Position numbers and translations under genes: made by a program
Shown here: in pieces, positions 23,244-35,315 of the stretch
How positions within the stretch are numbered: the stretch's first letter is position 1
Layout: the number at the start of each line of letters is the position of its first letter
NCBI GenBank assembly: GCA_025594325.1
Contig: JANHCV010000004.1
Location: 1,612,001-1,676,000 of the forward strand
Reading direction: 5' to 3'
From: Blastocladiella emersonii ATCC 22665
Lineage: Eukaryota > Fungi > Blastocladiomycota
Length of the DNA stretch: 64,000 nt
The notes under the pieces: generated by a model
The model's input: the letters and a program-made list of their open reading frames with translations, nothing else
Told to the model about the DNA's origin: nothing
The model's database searches: none

Positions 23244-26200
23244 TCACTGTGCGTTGGCCATGGCGCTCTGCAACCGCCGCATGTCGTCGTCCGTCCCCTC
23301 GAGCAGCATGTGCAGCACGGGCACCAGCTGCGCCCGCATCGCGCGCTTCTCGAGGAACGAGATGAGCACCGACCGCAGGTACGCCAGGTTGACGGGCCGC
23401 AGCGACGGGTCGTCCTGCTGCGCAGGCGCGGGCGCGGGCGCGTTCCCGCCAAACGTGGGCGACGCAGCGCCGTTCCCCGCCACCGGCGCAACCGCGGACG
23501 GCAGCGAGACAGCAGACCCGGCGCGCGACAGCTTGCGCACCTCGTCCTTGAGCGACCGGTTGACCATCTTGAGGTGCGTCTCGCGGGTGCCGAGCGCCTC
23601 GAGGTCTTCGGCGAGCCGCGCGTTGAGCGCCTGGAGATCCGCCGCGCGCGTCGCCGCCGCCGCGTCGCGGTCGCGCGCCGCCCGGAGGTCCGCGGCATCG
23701 GCCTCGGCGCGCTCGGCGCGCTCCGTCGCCCGCGCGAGCTCGCTGACGACCCGGGCCAGCTCGGCCTGCGCCGCAGCAACGGCCGCATCGCGCTCCGCGA
23801 CCTGCGCGCGCGCGTCGCCCGCCTCGGTCTGCGCGGCAGCCACGGCCGCGAGCCACTCGGCGCCGGCCGACTCGGCACGCGCCTCGGCGGCGCGCTGCAT
23901 GTCGCGCGCGGACTCGGCGTCGGCGAGCGCGTCCGCGACCTGCCGCTCGAGCGCGAGCCTGGCCTCGTCGTGCGCCGCGTCGGCGTCGGCGGCGCGCGCG
24001 CGGAGGGACTCGTAGTCGGCGGATTTCGCCGCGAACAGCGCCTGCGACGTCGCGAGTTCGGCGCGCGCCGCGTCGGCCGCCGCCCGCGCCTCGGCCTCGC
24101 GCGCGTGCAGGTCCGCGGCCTGCGTCTGCAGCGCGGCGATCCGGTCCTCGGCAGCCTGTGCGGTGGCGGTCGCGCGCGCGGCGGCGGCGCGGAGGTCGGC
24201 GACCTCGCGCGTCTCCTCGGCGAGCGCGCGCAGCTGCATGTCCATGATCCGCAGGCGTTCCGCCGACTCCTCGTCGCGCCGGCGCAGGTCGCGCACCTCG
24301 CGCCGCACCTCGGCCTCGGCGTCGCGCGCAGCCTGCAGCGCGCGCGCGTGCGCCGCGTCGGCTTCGGCGAGCGCCGACCGGTGCGCGTCCGACTGCTGCT
24401 TGGCGAGCGCCGCGTGCGACGCCGCCTGGTCGGCGATGGCGGTGGTGTGGGCGGACTCGAGCGACGCGAGCGACGCGGCGTGCTCCGACTTGGCGCCGTC
24501 CAGGGCCTTGGCGTGCTCGGCGCGCAGCGAGTCGAGCGCCGCGGCGTGCGCGGACTCGAGCTCGGCCGTCTTGGCGGACGCGGCGTCGGCGACGGCGGCG
24601 GACAGCGCGGCGGCGTGCGTCTCGAACGCGGACGCGAGCGCCGCGGTGTGTTCGGCGGAGGCGGACTCGAGGGCGGCGGCACCCTCGGCGCGGACCGACT
24701 CGAGCTCGGCCGCGTGCTGGGTCTCGCGCTCGGTCAGCGACGCGGCGTGCGCGGCCTCGAGCTCCTCGACGGTTGCCGCGTGGGACGACTTGAGCTCCTC
24801 GACGGCGGCAGCGTGCTGGGTCGCGAGCTGCGCGACGTGCTCGGCGTGCTCGGCGCGCAGCGTCTCGACGGCCGAGGCGTGTGCGGACTCGAGCTCGGCG
24901 GTCGCTGCCGCGTGCTTGGCCTCGAGCTCGGTGATGGCGGAAGCTTGCTTGGCCTCGAGCTCCGTAATCGCCGATGCGCGCTTGCTCTCGAGCTCCGAAA
25001 TCGCCGAGGCGTGCTTGGTCTCGAGCTCCGCGACGGCGGCCGAGTGCGCCTGCACCGCCGCGGCGTGCTCGGCAGTCGCGGTGACGAGCTTCTCCTGGAC
25101 CGCAGCGAGCTCGGTCTGCACCGAGGCATGCGCCGCGGTCGCCACCTCGAGGTCGGCCTGCGTCTTGACGTGCGCGGCGCGCTCCTGCGCGAGGTCCGTC
25201 TCGAGCGTCTCGATCTGCTCGCGCAGCTCCGAGGTCTCGGGGGCGGCCGGGGGCGACTAGAATGATGACGGAGTGAGAGAGGGATAGCGACGAGCGTTGA
25301 AGTGAATGAGCGTACCGCAGTACCGCCGGCGAAGTTGCGCTTGCCGCTGCGACCCTTGCGGCCGTTGTTGTTTCCGTTGTTACCGTTACTGTTGTTGTTG
25401 TTCGAGCGGGCCTTCTTGAGCTCCTGTTACGAGGACAGCGATGAGTTTCGGCGCGCCGATTCGGGACGGGTGCAAGAGCGTACCTCGGCGTACTTGGTCG
25501 TCAGAGCCTCCATGGCGGCGGCGTGCTCGGACTTGAGCTGGCCGATCTGGTTGGCGAGCGCCGTCTTGGACTTCTACGCGCGGCGCGAGTAGCGAGCGTC
25601 AGTGTACTGCTCCAAACGAGGTTGTGAGGATGTGAGTGGGATGGAGCAGAATGACACCCTACACTTGGCAGCGCGCGCAACGAGGGCGAAGCCCACGACG
25701 ACGATGACAGTGACAAGGCCGGGAGCGACGAGGAGCGCGGGAGAGAGGTTGGCTGCACCTGTTCGAGTGACGCGAGCTTGGCGGCCGCGTCCTGGGCGGC
25801 CTGGTCGGCAACCTCCTTGGCGGCGGGCGCGGCGACGCGCTCGGCGTCCGCGGCGTCCTTGGCCGCGATGGCGGCGACGCGCTCGGCTTCGGCCGCGTCC
25901 TTGGCTGCGACGGCGGCGACGCGCTCAGCATCAGCCGTGTCCTTTGCAGCGAGCGCGGCGGCACGTTCCGCATCGGCAGCCTCCTTGGCTGCGATGGCAG
26001 CGACGCGCTCGGCGTCCGCGGCGTCCTTGGCCTCGAGCGCAGCGGCGCGCTCCGCGTCAGCCGACTCCTTGGCTACGACGGCAGCAGCCCGTTCGGCCTC
26101 GGCAGCGGCGAGCGAGGTCGCGTGCTTCGCGTCAGCCTCGTCCTTGGCCGCAATGGCCGTGTCGCGGGCAGCCTGCGCGACCAGCAGCGACGCCTCGAGC

Positions 26201-26694
26201 GCCGCAGCCGTCTCGCGTGCGGTGGTGAGCTCGACTTCGAGTGCATCAGCGCGGCTCGCGGCCTCGGCGGCCTGGCCCTCGAGCGAGGTGGCCTTGGCCT
26301 GCGCCGCCTCGAGTGCGTCGCTCGCGGACTGCAGCTGCGCCGTGACTGCGACGATTTCGGACTGGAGCTTCTCGCGCTCGGCCGAGGCCGCAGCCGCCGC
26401 GGCGGCGTCGTCGGCCGCGGACTCGGGCGGAGTCGGCGACTCGGACGCGACGGCGGCGGCGGCGCGGCGGTTGACGCGGGTCTTGAGCAGCATGTCGACC
26501 TTCTGCTGCAGGGCCGTGTTCTGGGCGGCCATCTCGGTGATCTTGGCGCGCGACTTGTCCATGAGCTTGCTCAGCTGCGACTCGAGGCGCGCGTTGAGGG
26601 CCTCGAGCTCGGCCACGCGCTGCTCGGGCGTCAGGCCGCCGGCGGCGCCGGGCGCGGCAGCGGCTGCGTCCGACGTCATGCCGCGCGAGGACAT
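23244..26694 (-). CDS. GRIP-domain golgin (Imh1/golgin-245-like), multi-exon
   Basis: Long Ala/Glu coiled coil ending in NLAYLRSVLISFLE..MRAQLVPVLHMLL, a GRIP domain with the conserved Tyr. Small exons KSKTALANQ... and ELKKARSNNN... link the 26694 and 25145 ORFs. First donor is ambiguous (25758 or 25662). Confidence 0.85.
24330..25050 (-). repeat. 33-nt (11-residue) coding repeat, about 20 degenerate units
   Basis: CTCGAG blocks at 24888, 24921, 24954, 24987 and 25020. Units such as ELEAKHAAATA. Confidence 0.85.
25815..26100 (-). repeat. 42-nt (14-residue) coding tandem repeat, about 7 units
   Basis: CCTT anchors at 25815, 25857, 25899, 25941, 25983, 26025 and 26067. Consensus AxAAKDAADAERVA. 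Confidence 0.9.
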
Positions 26695-27062
26695 GGGGTG
26701 GTGGTGGTAGTGGTGTTGAGGGAGGGCGTCCAGCGCGCGGGCGGGCAGGAAGGCTTCTCTCGGTGACGGTGGGCGGGGCGGGTGTGTGCTCACGGCAGCA
26801 GGCGAAGATACATGGGCAGTCGGGCCACGGCACACACACGCGCGCTCGGTCGTTGGAGGGCAGGAGCGATGCGGTGCGAGGGAGGAGAGAAGACGCCCAC
26901 ACGTCGATGGCCGGCAGAGTGGCGGCGCGCCCTGGCCAAGGCCGCGGGTGCGTGTGGCAGGCGCGTCACGCAGCGCCTTGAGCCACCGACTTTATGAAGG
27001 TTGCGCCGCTTTCCGCCTCTCCTCTCTCCCCAACGGCCACTCAACGCCATACACCCCCTGCC

Positions 27063-28516
27063 ATGCATCTACAACGCAACCGCGTCAAGCTCGAGACCAA
27101 GGTCATCGGGTGGCCGCGCGCCTTCCGCTGGCGCGGGTCGGTGCTGCCGCGCGTCGCGCTGCCGACCACCGTCATGACGCTGTGGGCCGCCTTCCTGTAC
27201 CTGATGCAGACCTACGTCGTCGCCTTCACGTTCCCCGCCGGCACCGTGTTCCTGTCCATCACCTCCGTCGTTATTGTGCGTGTCCCGCCCTCGTGGTCGC
27301 ACGCCGGCCACCGCCCCGCGGACCATGTCCCACCTCACTCACCGCCACCTTCTTGTAACCAGGGACTGCTCCTCGGTTTCCGTACCAACACAGCCTACGA
27401 GCGGTACTGGGAGGGCCGCCGCCTGTGGACCAACCTCATCGTGGCCGTCCGCAACATTGCCCGCATGATGTGGGTCGCCGTCGAGGAGCCCGCCGACCGC
27501 GACAACCGTACCGAGAAGACGTCGGCGCTCGCCCTCCTCATGACCTTCCTCATTGGCGTGCGGAACCACCTCCGCATGGAGGACGGCCTGTGCAATTCGG
27601 ACGGCTCGCTTCGCCACGAGTTCGAGGGCAAGGTGCCCGGGTCCAAGCAGTTCACGCCCGAAGCGCGCTACCTGCTCTCCAGCGAGAAGATGGTCCACAC
27701 GGACGCGCTCTTCCTTCTACACGCCTACATCGACGATCTCCTCCGCCGCAAGACCATCGACCTCCCCCAGTGCGGCCAGATGCTCAACCTGCTCGGCTCC
27801 CTCACTGATTCCGTAGAATCAATGGACCGCATCATCAGTACTCCTATCCCGATCGCTTACAATCTGGTAAAATGCATCGAAAACGACGGAGGGGAGCCGG
27901 GGGAGTGGGGAGTCGCGACTGACGCGAGCTCGCGCGCGTGTAGCACCTCAAACAATCGGTTTACCTCTACATCATTTTCCTGCCGCTCCAGCTCCTCGCC
28001 GACTTCAAGGGCCTCTCCATTCTCATCACGGCGCTCGTCGCCTTCACGTTCATCGGCGTCATCGAGATCGCCGGCGAGATCGAGAACCCGTTCGGCAAGG
28101 ACGACTCGGACCTGCCCATCGAGGAGTTCATCGCCGAGATCGAGGTCGAGCTCGGCGAGCTGACGTACACCTCGCGCAAGGAGCTGTTCGACTGGGACCT
28201 CGGCGACGACGGCATCAACCACGGCGACGACGTGGCCGCGCCCGCGCCGACCGCCGACCCGACAGCTCCCGCGGCTGCTCCATTCCCCTCCGTCTCGTCT
28301 GCTGCCCTGGCGGCTGCGGAAGCCGCCCTCAACGCCCCGCTCCTCACGCCGCGCGTCTACCACTCCAAGAACCAGCGCTGCGACGGCCTCACCTCCGCGG
28401 GCGGCGCGTCCGAGCAGGCCGGCGGCACGGGCGATGCCGAGATTGGCGGCGGCGGCGGTGGTCACGGTGGCGGCGGTGGTGGTGGTGCGGGTGCTATGGA
28501 CGGCGGCGACGGCTAA
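27063..28516 (+). CDS. Bestrophin-family (UPF0187/YneE-type) anion channel, with introns
   Basis: WRGSVLPRV, LLLGFRTNTAYERYWEGRRLW, RIISTPIPIAY, EIENPFG.D.SDLP. Intron 27276-27362 and a second at about 27865-27942. Confidence 0.9.
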
Positions 28517-28618
28517 GCGCGCTCGCTCATCGTCTGACCTCCTCGTATTACACCTTGTACACATCCACACATTTCCCACACCGTTTGCAAATCATCGTAC
28601 ATTCATGGACACGCCAAC

Positions 28619-30452
28619 TCAGCGGCGCGTACTTGGCGTCGCGGGGATGACCTCCCCTACGGCCGCGGCCGCCGCAGCAGCAGCAGCTTGGGCAGCCGCC
28701 AGCCGATCGTTGGGCGGCGCGCGCTGCTCGGGCGGCTGGAACATGTTGTTCTTGTCGACAGCATTGGTAATGGTCTCCATGTACCGCTCGATGGCGCCGA
28801 CGATCATGTCGTACTCGGTGTCGTAGCGCTTTTTCTCGTTGGCCGCCTTGGCGCGGATCGCGGCGGTCTGCTTCTTGACTTCCGTGTGCTGGAGCCTGCT
28901 CTCCTCGGCCTTGCGCTGGTTCGCCCTGGTCGCGGCCTGCAGCTGCTTGATCTCCTCGTCCGTCTCGCGCCGGAAGCGCTCCATCTCGTCGCGCGACTCC
29001 TTGGACAGCTCCGTGTGCTTGCCCATCATGTTGCGCATCTTCTCGGCCTTGGACGTGAGGCGCTAGTCGTCGTGGCGAGGGGAGGGGAAGAATTGGTGAG
29101 CAAGAGGGAGGTGCAGGGCGAGGTGGAGCGAACGAGCGGGTGAGCACGTACCTCGACCGTGTCCTGGAGACTGAGCCGCTCCTGCTCGAGCTTCTGCAGC
29201 TCGTACTTTTTGGCGTTGAGCTGGTGCTGCGCCGCCGCGACCCGGTTCTTCGTGGCGATGCAGTCCTCGACCTTGCGCAGCGTGTCCTTGACCTCCTACA
29301 CGTCACCGGGCCGGCCAAATCAGTCGCGTGGACGCACGCGGGCGAGAGTCAACGACGAGGAAGTGCGCTGCGTACCGTAGTGGTGGTGACGAGCAGCGAG
29401 ACCGACTCGGTCTCGCGCTCCGCGGCGCCCTTGAGGGCCTCGAGCTTCTCTTGGGTCGACACGACGCGGCGCTTGAGCAGGTCAATGTGCTATGAGAATC
29501 GTGGCGGGGCGGCGTCAGTCGGTGCGGACGTGATCCGCGCCGCGGCAGCATCGCGCGCGTCGTCACGTACGGCCTCGAGGTTTGCCGGGTCCGTGACGAG
29601 CAGCTTCCGGTTCTCGTCGAGCTCCTGGCACACGGTGTCGCGGGCGCGCAAGCGCTGCTCGCGGAGCTCAATGTACTCCGCCTTGCGCTTCACCTGCGAC
29701 TCGATGCTGGCGCGCAGCTCGCGGAGATTGCTCATGAGCTCCTGGTTCTTGCGCTTGGCCTCGTGGTTCTGGCGGGCCATGTCCTCGGCGGCCGCCGCGT
29801 CCTTGCTGATCCGCTGGTTGATGTCGTCCAGGGTCTGCCGCGCCTGGTCGATCTTCCCCTGCATCACCTTGAGATCGCCCTTGCGCTGGTCCTAGATTGG
29901 GTTGCGGGAGGTGGGGCAGCGTCGTGAGTGGGTGGAAGGCAGGACCCGCGAAACGAAGGCATACGTACCGCGTCCAAGGCGAGCTGCTCGCGGTACGAGT
30001 CCGAGTCCCGAACCATCTCGAAAAAGTTGATGAATGTGACGAAGATATCGAGGACGCGCTGGCTGTCGGGCCGGCGCAGGTCGATGACGGAGAAGTCCTC
30101 GAACCCGAGGCTGCTGAGGAGCAGGTGCCTACCCGAGATTCAAGCATGAGGGGGGTTGGAATTCGACTGCGGCAAGATATGGACCATGGGCGAGAACAGC
30201 GCCGTACAGATGGCCGGTGAGCTCGAGGTCAAGGAACACGCCCTGGTAGAACGCCGGGTACGTCATGCTCTCAAAGCGATCGGCCGAGGTGCCCTCGGTC
30301 TGCTCTGGCGCCATGCTCGTGACCACGCACAGGCACCGCTGCAGCACGTCGCGCGGGTTGACAAAGTCCTCGTTGGTCACCTGCTGGCCAATGTAGTGGG
30401 AGAGCCGCTCCTTGACCTGCTCGCGGCTCGGTTTCGGTTGCGCGTTGGACAT
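28619..30452 (-). CDS. NUF2: Kinetochore protein Nuf2, multi-exon
   Basis: CH-domain motif DFSVIDLRRPDSQRVLDIFVTFINF, followed by an extended coiled coil across several short exons. Confidence 0.75.
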
Positions 30453-30706
30453 GGCGGCGGCGGTTGCCAGTGGGCTGTTTGCATCAAGTTTCGTTGGTCA
30501 GTTGTGCTCGAGGCGCGATGGGCGAGTGCATCAACGGTCGAGCGGACGGCAGCGTCCGGGCGCGGGACGCGAAGCGATGAGCGACGGCCTGTGCAGCGGC
30601 CGTTTCAGGGTCGCGTGAGTGGCTGAATCCTGCTATCCCGCTTCGAGGCTCTTCACCGCCGCAACCCGCACATTCCGTTCAGTCTCTGCTACGATAATCC
30701 CACGAG

Positions 30707-31367
30707 GTCAGTCTAAAATTCACGCTAGCCGCCATGTTGTCGTTGCCCGCGCGCGCCCATGCACCGGCAGAGTGAGCGTGCTGTCCTGCCCAGTCGTCAC
30801 CGCGGGGACGTGTGCGCGGATGGCTCGCCGTGTCGGCGTCCGTCGTGCACCCCTTCGGCACACGGCGGGATCTGGCCGCACGCAAATCTCGACGCAAATC
30901 ACACTCCATGCATATGTTGAACCATGAATCGACTACCCGCGCGCGACGGCCCCTCGCCGTCCAAGCGCTGGATGCACCGGCCACTGCGCCTCCCTCGGGA
31001 GTGGTGGCTGGCCGCACACCCAGTCGCTGTCCGTGGAAACTCGTACTCCGGCCTGCTGCAGCGGTCCCGCTCGTGCCCAGCTCTTGTGGCCGCGGTGCGG
31101 GCGCGTGTCCGTCTGATCTGCGTAGCGAAGACGTCGCGCAGCTCGGCGTCTTGTCCCTGACTGGGTTCGGCGTCGGGCGCGGGCGTCTACCGGTCTACTG
31201 CATGTGTGGTGTTCTGCGTGCCTCGCCTCGGCCATCGATATCCCGATTGCGGGGGTCGCGGTCAAGGCGAGCGTGCCAGCAGTTTGTGGGCGCCCGGAAA
31301 CGACACCTTCCTCGGATCTCGCCCCCGCGTCCGTTTGTGCTGACTTCTCGACGTTCTCCCCGCTCAG
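30707..31367 (+). other. Probable long 5'-UTR intron of RPS22
   Basis: CTGAC (31340), pyrimidine tract and CAG (31367) lie 20 nt before the ATG. Donor candidates G|GTCAGT (30707) or GTGAGC (30772). Confidence 0.55.
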
Positions 31368-31387
31368 GTTGAAGCAACTTTGCCAAA

Positions 31388-31780
31388 ATGGTCCGCATCT
31401 CCGTCCTCAACGACTGCCTCAACTCGATCGTGAACGCCGAGCGCCGCGGCAAGCGCCAGGTGCTGGTCCGCCCCTCGTCCAAAGTGGTGGTCAAGTTCCT
31501 GTCGGTCATGCAGAAGCACGGCTACATTGGCGACATCGACATTGTCGACGACCACCGCTCGGGCAAGCTGGTCATCCAGCTCAACGGCCGCATCAACAAG
31601 TGCGGTGTCATCTCGCCCCGCTTCAACGTCAAGCTCGACGAGATCGAGACCTGGGTCAACAACCTCCTGCCCTCGCGTCAGTTCGGTTACCTCGTCTTCA
31701 CCACCTCGGCCGGTATCATGGACCACGAGGAGGCCCGCCGCAAGCGCACTGGTGGCAAGATCCTCGGCTACTTCTACTGA
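31388..31780 (+). CDS. RPS22: 40S ribosomal protein uS8 (S22/S15A)
   Basis: [29 protein letters not shown]...[22 protein letters not shown], 130 aa. Confidence 0.98.
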   Translation: MVRISVLNDCLNSIVNAERRGKRQVLVRPSSKVVVKFLSVMQKHGYIGDIDIVDDHRSGKLVIQLNGRINKCGVISPRFNVKLDEIETWVNNLLPSRQFGYLVFTTSAGIMDHEEARRKRTGGKILGYFY

Positions 31781-32174
31781 GCTGCCCCGCGGTCGCCCAG
31801 TAGCTGCCGCTGCTGCTGTCGCTGCATGAAGGCGGCGGTGGGACCCGGTTTGTGCACCAATAAATCGGCCTCGCGCCATCTTCTCTCGAACCTGTTTTGT
31901 CTCCCTGAACTTGTCCTGAGTCTACCCTCAACGAGTCCTCCTTGAACTTGCGCTCGTGCCTGGTTGTTCAGCTACCCCTCGCAGGCTCTGGTCCTCGTCC
32001 AAGACTTGAGGTCTCTGGTCCCTGAACTGTGTCGGTTGTACGACGACCACGGTGGTCGAGGCAACTGGCGTGGCCACGGCCATTGTCGCGTCCATCGCTC
32101 GCACGGCCAGCACTCGGTTTGACTCGGTTGAAGCAAATTCAAGTCTCTCTTACAATCCAACAGTACATACGCCA

Positions 32175-33476
32175 TCAGTGCTTCCCCGCCTTCCCCTCCT
32201 TGGCCGCCTTGGCCATCGCCGCGCGCTTGGCCTCCTTGGCCTTATCGGTGGCGCTCGTGAGCGTGCCCTTGGCGGCCATCTGGTTGAGCAGCTCGAGGAT
32301 GAGCGGGAGGTAGTTATGTCTGCGGCGCGCGTTCTCGCGCTTGTACCGGTCCATTTTCGCGCGCTCCGAGTCGAGCTGTTCCTTGACGCGGGACCGCTCG
32401 CGCTCGAGCTCGGCGCGCACATCCTCGCCGCCCAAATCGAGCGTGCGCAGCTGCTCCTCGATGCCGGCGATCTGGCGCTCGAGCAGCGCCGACTTGGACT
32501 GGGTCACGGCGAGCAGGTTGAAGCGGATCTCGCCCGACTCGGCAAACGCCGCGATGCGCGACTGGATGACGGGGACGAGCTGCGCGATCCAGTCGCGCGA
32601 CGAGGGGGCGGGGGTGATGGGGAGGTCCGCGACGCGCAGCGGGCCAGGCTTGAGCCCGTCGAGCTCGAAGATGGCCGAGTGCGTCGCCGACGGCACGTAC
32701 GCGACGAAATGGAAGTTGTCCTCCTTGTCCTCGTCGCGCACGGGGGCAATCTCGTTGACGAACGGGTCCGCCCGCGCGAAGCTGTTGTGCGCGCGACGCA
32801 TCGTCTCCGAGTTTGTGATCGACAGGCCCTTGATCTATACGGGCGGACCAGCAGGTGTGAGTGGTGCGAGGGTACCGCTGTGCGGGAAGGATGCCGTACC
32901 TCGGGGTCGAAGCTGCCCGTGAACTGCTTGAACTGCGCGAGCTCCTCGCCGAGCGACACGGCCTCGGGCGAGTTGAGGAGGACCGACAGGATGGCCTGCG
33001 TCGCACACGCGTTCTCTACACGTCCGAGAATCAGTCAGTGCGCCTAATCGAGGCGTCACTAGGTCAGAGGTACACATACGAATGACCTGCTGCGCAAAGA
33101 ACACGTCGGGCACGTCGGTCCACTGGGTCGCGGCGCGCGTGTCGGCGCGGATGATCGCCGGGTCGTACTTGAACAGGAAAATGAATCCGTAGACGTCGCC
33201 GTCGCCCATGAACTGGAACGACTCGAGGTCGTACACTTCCTCGACCTCGAGGCCTGGTCGGAGGGAAACGCGTCAGGATCGGGGGTTTTCGCAGGGATGA
33301 CTAAGCGCGCGCGCGTACCCTGCACGCCAAACGAGCGGATCAGCTCCGTGAAGACCCCCTAGCCGCCAGGGATCGAAAGGTCTGTCAGAGCGGGATGTCG
33401 AGACGCGGGCGCGCGTGAGGGGCCGCAGTACCGGGTCCGACTCGATCAGGGTCCAGTCGCCGTTGTCGGTTGCCAT
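32175..33476 (-). CDS. UCH37: Ubiquitin C-terminal hydrolase UCH37/UCHL5, multi-exon
   Basis: WTLIESDP|GVFTELI, YGFIFLFK, FAQQVI|ENACATQAILS (catalytic Cys), FHFVAYVP...IFELDGL, and C-terminal ENARRRHNYLPLI. Confidence 0.95.
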
Positions 33477-33682
33477 GGTGTTGTTCTGCCGCTAGTACGG
33501 GCTTTCAAGATTCGTCGCAGGCAGTGCGTGCGTGGTTGAGGGGAGAAAGGAGGGGAGACGGGGCCGCGCGTCGGTCATGGCCCGCCGAGTGAGTCCGCTG
33601 CGGCCATCAGCTGACGGTCGTCGTGGAGACGACGGACACGGATCCCACCGCCCAACAACAACGAAAAAACACACTACATGCA

Positions 33683-34339
33683 ATGTATGGCGACGAGGCG
33701 CTCAAGCTAGTGCGCGAGGCCAAGCGCGCGCGGGCGGGCCTGCTGCCCGTGTACAACGAGACGGCGGTCCGCAACGTGCTCAAGGAGGCGCGGATTCTGG
33801 CCGAGGAGCAGGACCGGATCATGGCCATGCTGCAGGCGGCCGAGGCTGCCGCCGACGACGACTGGCTCGCCTCGCAGCAGGCCGCTGCGGGCGGCGCGGA
33901 CGAGACGCTTGCGGCGGCGTCCGACGGGCACCAGGCGGCGTTCCTGATCCACCACGCGAGCCTGGACCGCAACAAGCGGTGCTTGCTGGCGTACCACATG
34001 GCGCGGCTCGACAAGATCAAGGCGATCCAGTGGGACCTGATGGACGGGACCGTCGACGACGACACGCGGCGGCGCATGGCGCCGGCCGAGGCCACGTTTG
34101 CGGACCGGTACTCGCAGCTGCTCATCTCGTACAAGGGCATGTACGACGACCTGGACCTGACGGCGGTCGCACACCCGCCAAAGGACCTGTACGTGTGCGT
34201 GCGCGTCGTCAAGGACTGCGGCGAGATCATCACGGAAAACGGCCGCAGCGTCGTGCTCAAGAAGAACTCGCAGCATTTCCTGCTCCGCACTGACGTCGAG
34301 CGGCTCATCACCCAGGGGTTCCTGCAGCATGTCGAGTGA
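33683..34339 (+). CDS. PSF1: GINS complex subunit Psf1
   Basis: MYGDEALKLVRE, RNKRCLLAYH, PPKDLYVCVRVVKDCGEI, KNSQHFL.RTDVERLITQGFL. Confidence 0.95.
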   Translation: MYGDEALKLVREAKRARAGLLPVYNETAVRNVLKEARILAEEQDRIMAMLQAAEAAADDDWLASQQAAAGGADETLAAASDGHQAAFLIHHASLDRNKRCLLAYHMARLDKIKAIQWDLMDGTVDDDTRRRMAPAEATFADRYSQLLISYKGMYDDLDLTAVAHPPKDLYVCVRVVKDCGEIITENGRSVVLKKNSQHFLLRTDVERLITQGFLQHVE

Positions 34340-34382
34340 GTTGCCCATCAAAAATGTACATATATATCTATCTATCGAAAAG

Positions 34383-35315
34383 CTACACGGCCACCTTGAC
34401 CGTGGGCGGCACCGTGGCATCGCCGACCTCGAACCGCGTGGCCCACTCGCGCACGAGCGACCAGGTGGCGGGGAACACGGCCGTGTCGAGGGCCTCGCGG
34501 TCGGCCTTGGGGAACGGCTTAAGGACGAAATTGGCCACGTCGGCCTTGTCGAGCGGGCGCCCGATGCCGATCTTGAGCCGCTCGACGGCCTCGGACTGCA
34601 CAAGCGACTGGATCGACTTGATGCCGTTGTGGCCCGCGGCCGAGCCCGTGAACTTGAACCCTAGCGTGCCGATGGGCTTGTCGAGGTCGTCCTGCAGGAA
34701 CAGGACGGGCGCGCGGCGGGATGCGGCGGGCGACTTGGACCGCTTGAAGTCGGCGGCGGCGACGCCCTCCTTGCGCACTAATGACGGGAGGGAACGGGTC
34801 AGCGGGTGGTCGGGAGCGGTAGGTAAGCGAGGAGAACACGTGCTCAGCGACTTGAACTTTTCGCCCGAGATGTTCATGAAGGTGCGCAGGCGGATCAGGC
34901 GCAGCTCGGCGGACGGCTGTAGTGGTGGCGCGACGACGGGGAGAGCGGGCGCATCAGCGGATCCCTCGACGGCAGTCTGCTTGGGCTTCTTGACCTTCCT
35001 TGGCTTGGGCCCGGGCAGGGCGCCGGGGGTGGTGGCGAGGAGGTTGGCGAGGGCGGCGTGCGAGCAAGTGGCCACGTCGTAGCCGTTACACCGCTCCCAC
35101 TCGAGGCCGAGGCGATCGGCGAGCTCCTCGAGGGCGAGCACGCCGACGTTGTGGCGCGTGGTGCGGTACTGCGCGCCGTGGTTGCCCAGGCCGACAATGT
35201 ACAGGGCGGCCACGGGCGCGAGCGGTTGTGGTGGCGCAGCGGCAGCGGCAGAGGTCGACATGGTGCGACAGAGGGGCGAGAATTCAAGAAGTCGGCGAGT
35301 TGGTAAGCGATACAT
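34383..35315 (-). CDS. PTH1: Peptidyl-tRNA hydrolase (Pth1 type, mitochondrial)
   Basis: VGLGN, RHNVG, FMNISG, QDDLD, GHNGIKS, RLKIGIGRP, with an Arg-rich presequence. Probable in-frame intron at about 34778-34837. Confidence 0.92.
   Translation of the reverse strand: MYRLPTRRLLEFSPLCRTMSTSAAAAAPPQPLAPVAALYIVGLGNHGAQYRTTRHNVGVLALEELADRLGLEWERCNGYDVATCSHAALANLLATTPGALPGPKPRKVKKPKQTAVEGSADAPALPVVAPPLQPSAELRLIRLRTFMNISGEKFKSLSTCSPRLPTAPDHPLTRSLPSLVRKEGVAAADFKRSKSPAASRRAPVLFLQDDLDKPIGTLGFKFTGSAAGHNGIKSIQSLVQSEAVERLKIGIGRPLDKADVANFVLKPFPKADREALDTAVFPATWSLVREWATRFEVGDATVPPTVKVAV

Noticed and set aside
25660-25740. Apparent transmembrane peptide LLVAPGLVTVIVVVGFALVA in an alternate frame of the golgin
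   Set aside because: GTC (Val) runs are the frame-shifted reading of TCG (Ser) runs in the main frame, and no convincing splice route leads into that frame.
24330-26100. Regularly spaced repeats as a CRISPR-like array
   Set aside because: They are in-frame coding repeats without unique spacers, there are no cas genes, and the context is eukaryotic.
33480-33680. MCB/E2F-like CGCG motifs upstream of PSF1 and NUF2
   Set aside because: CGCG words are ubiquitous at this GC content, so there is no discriminating signal.
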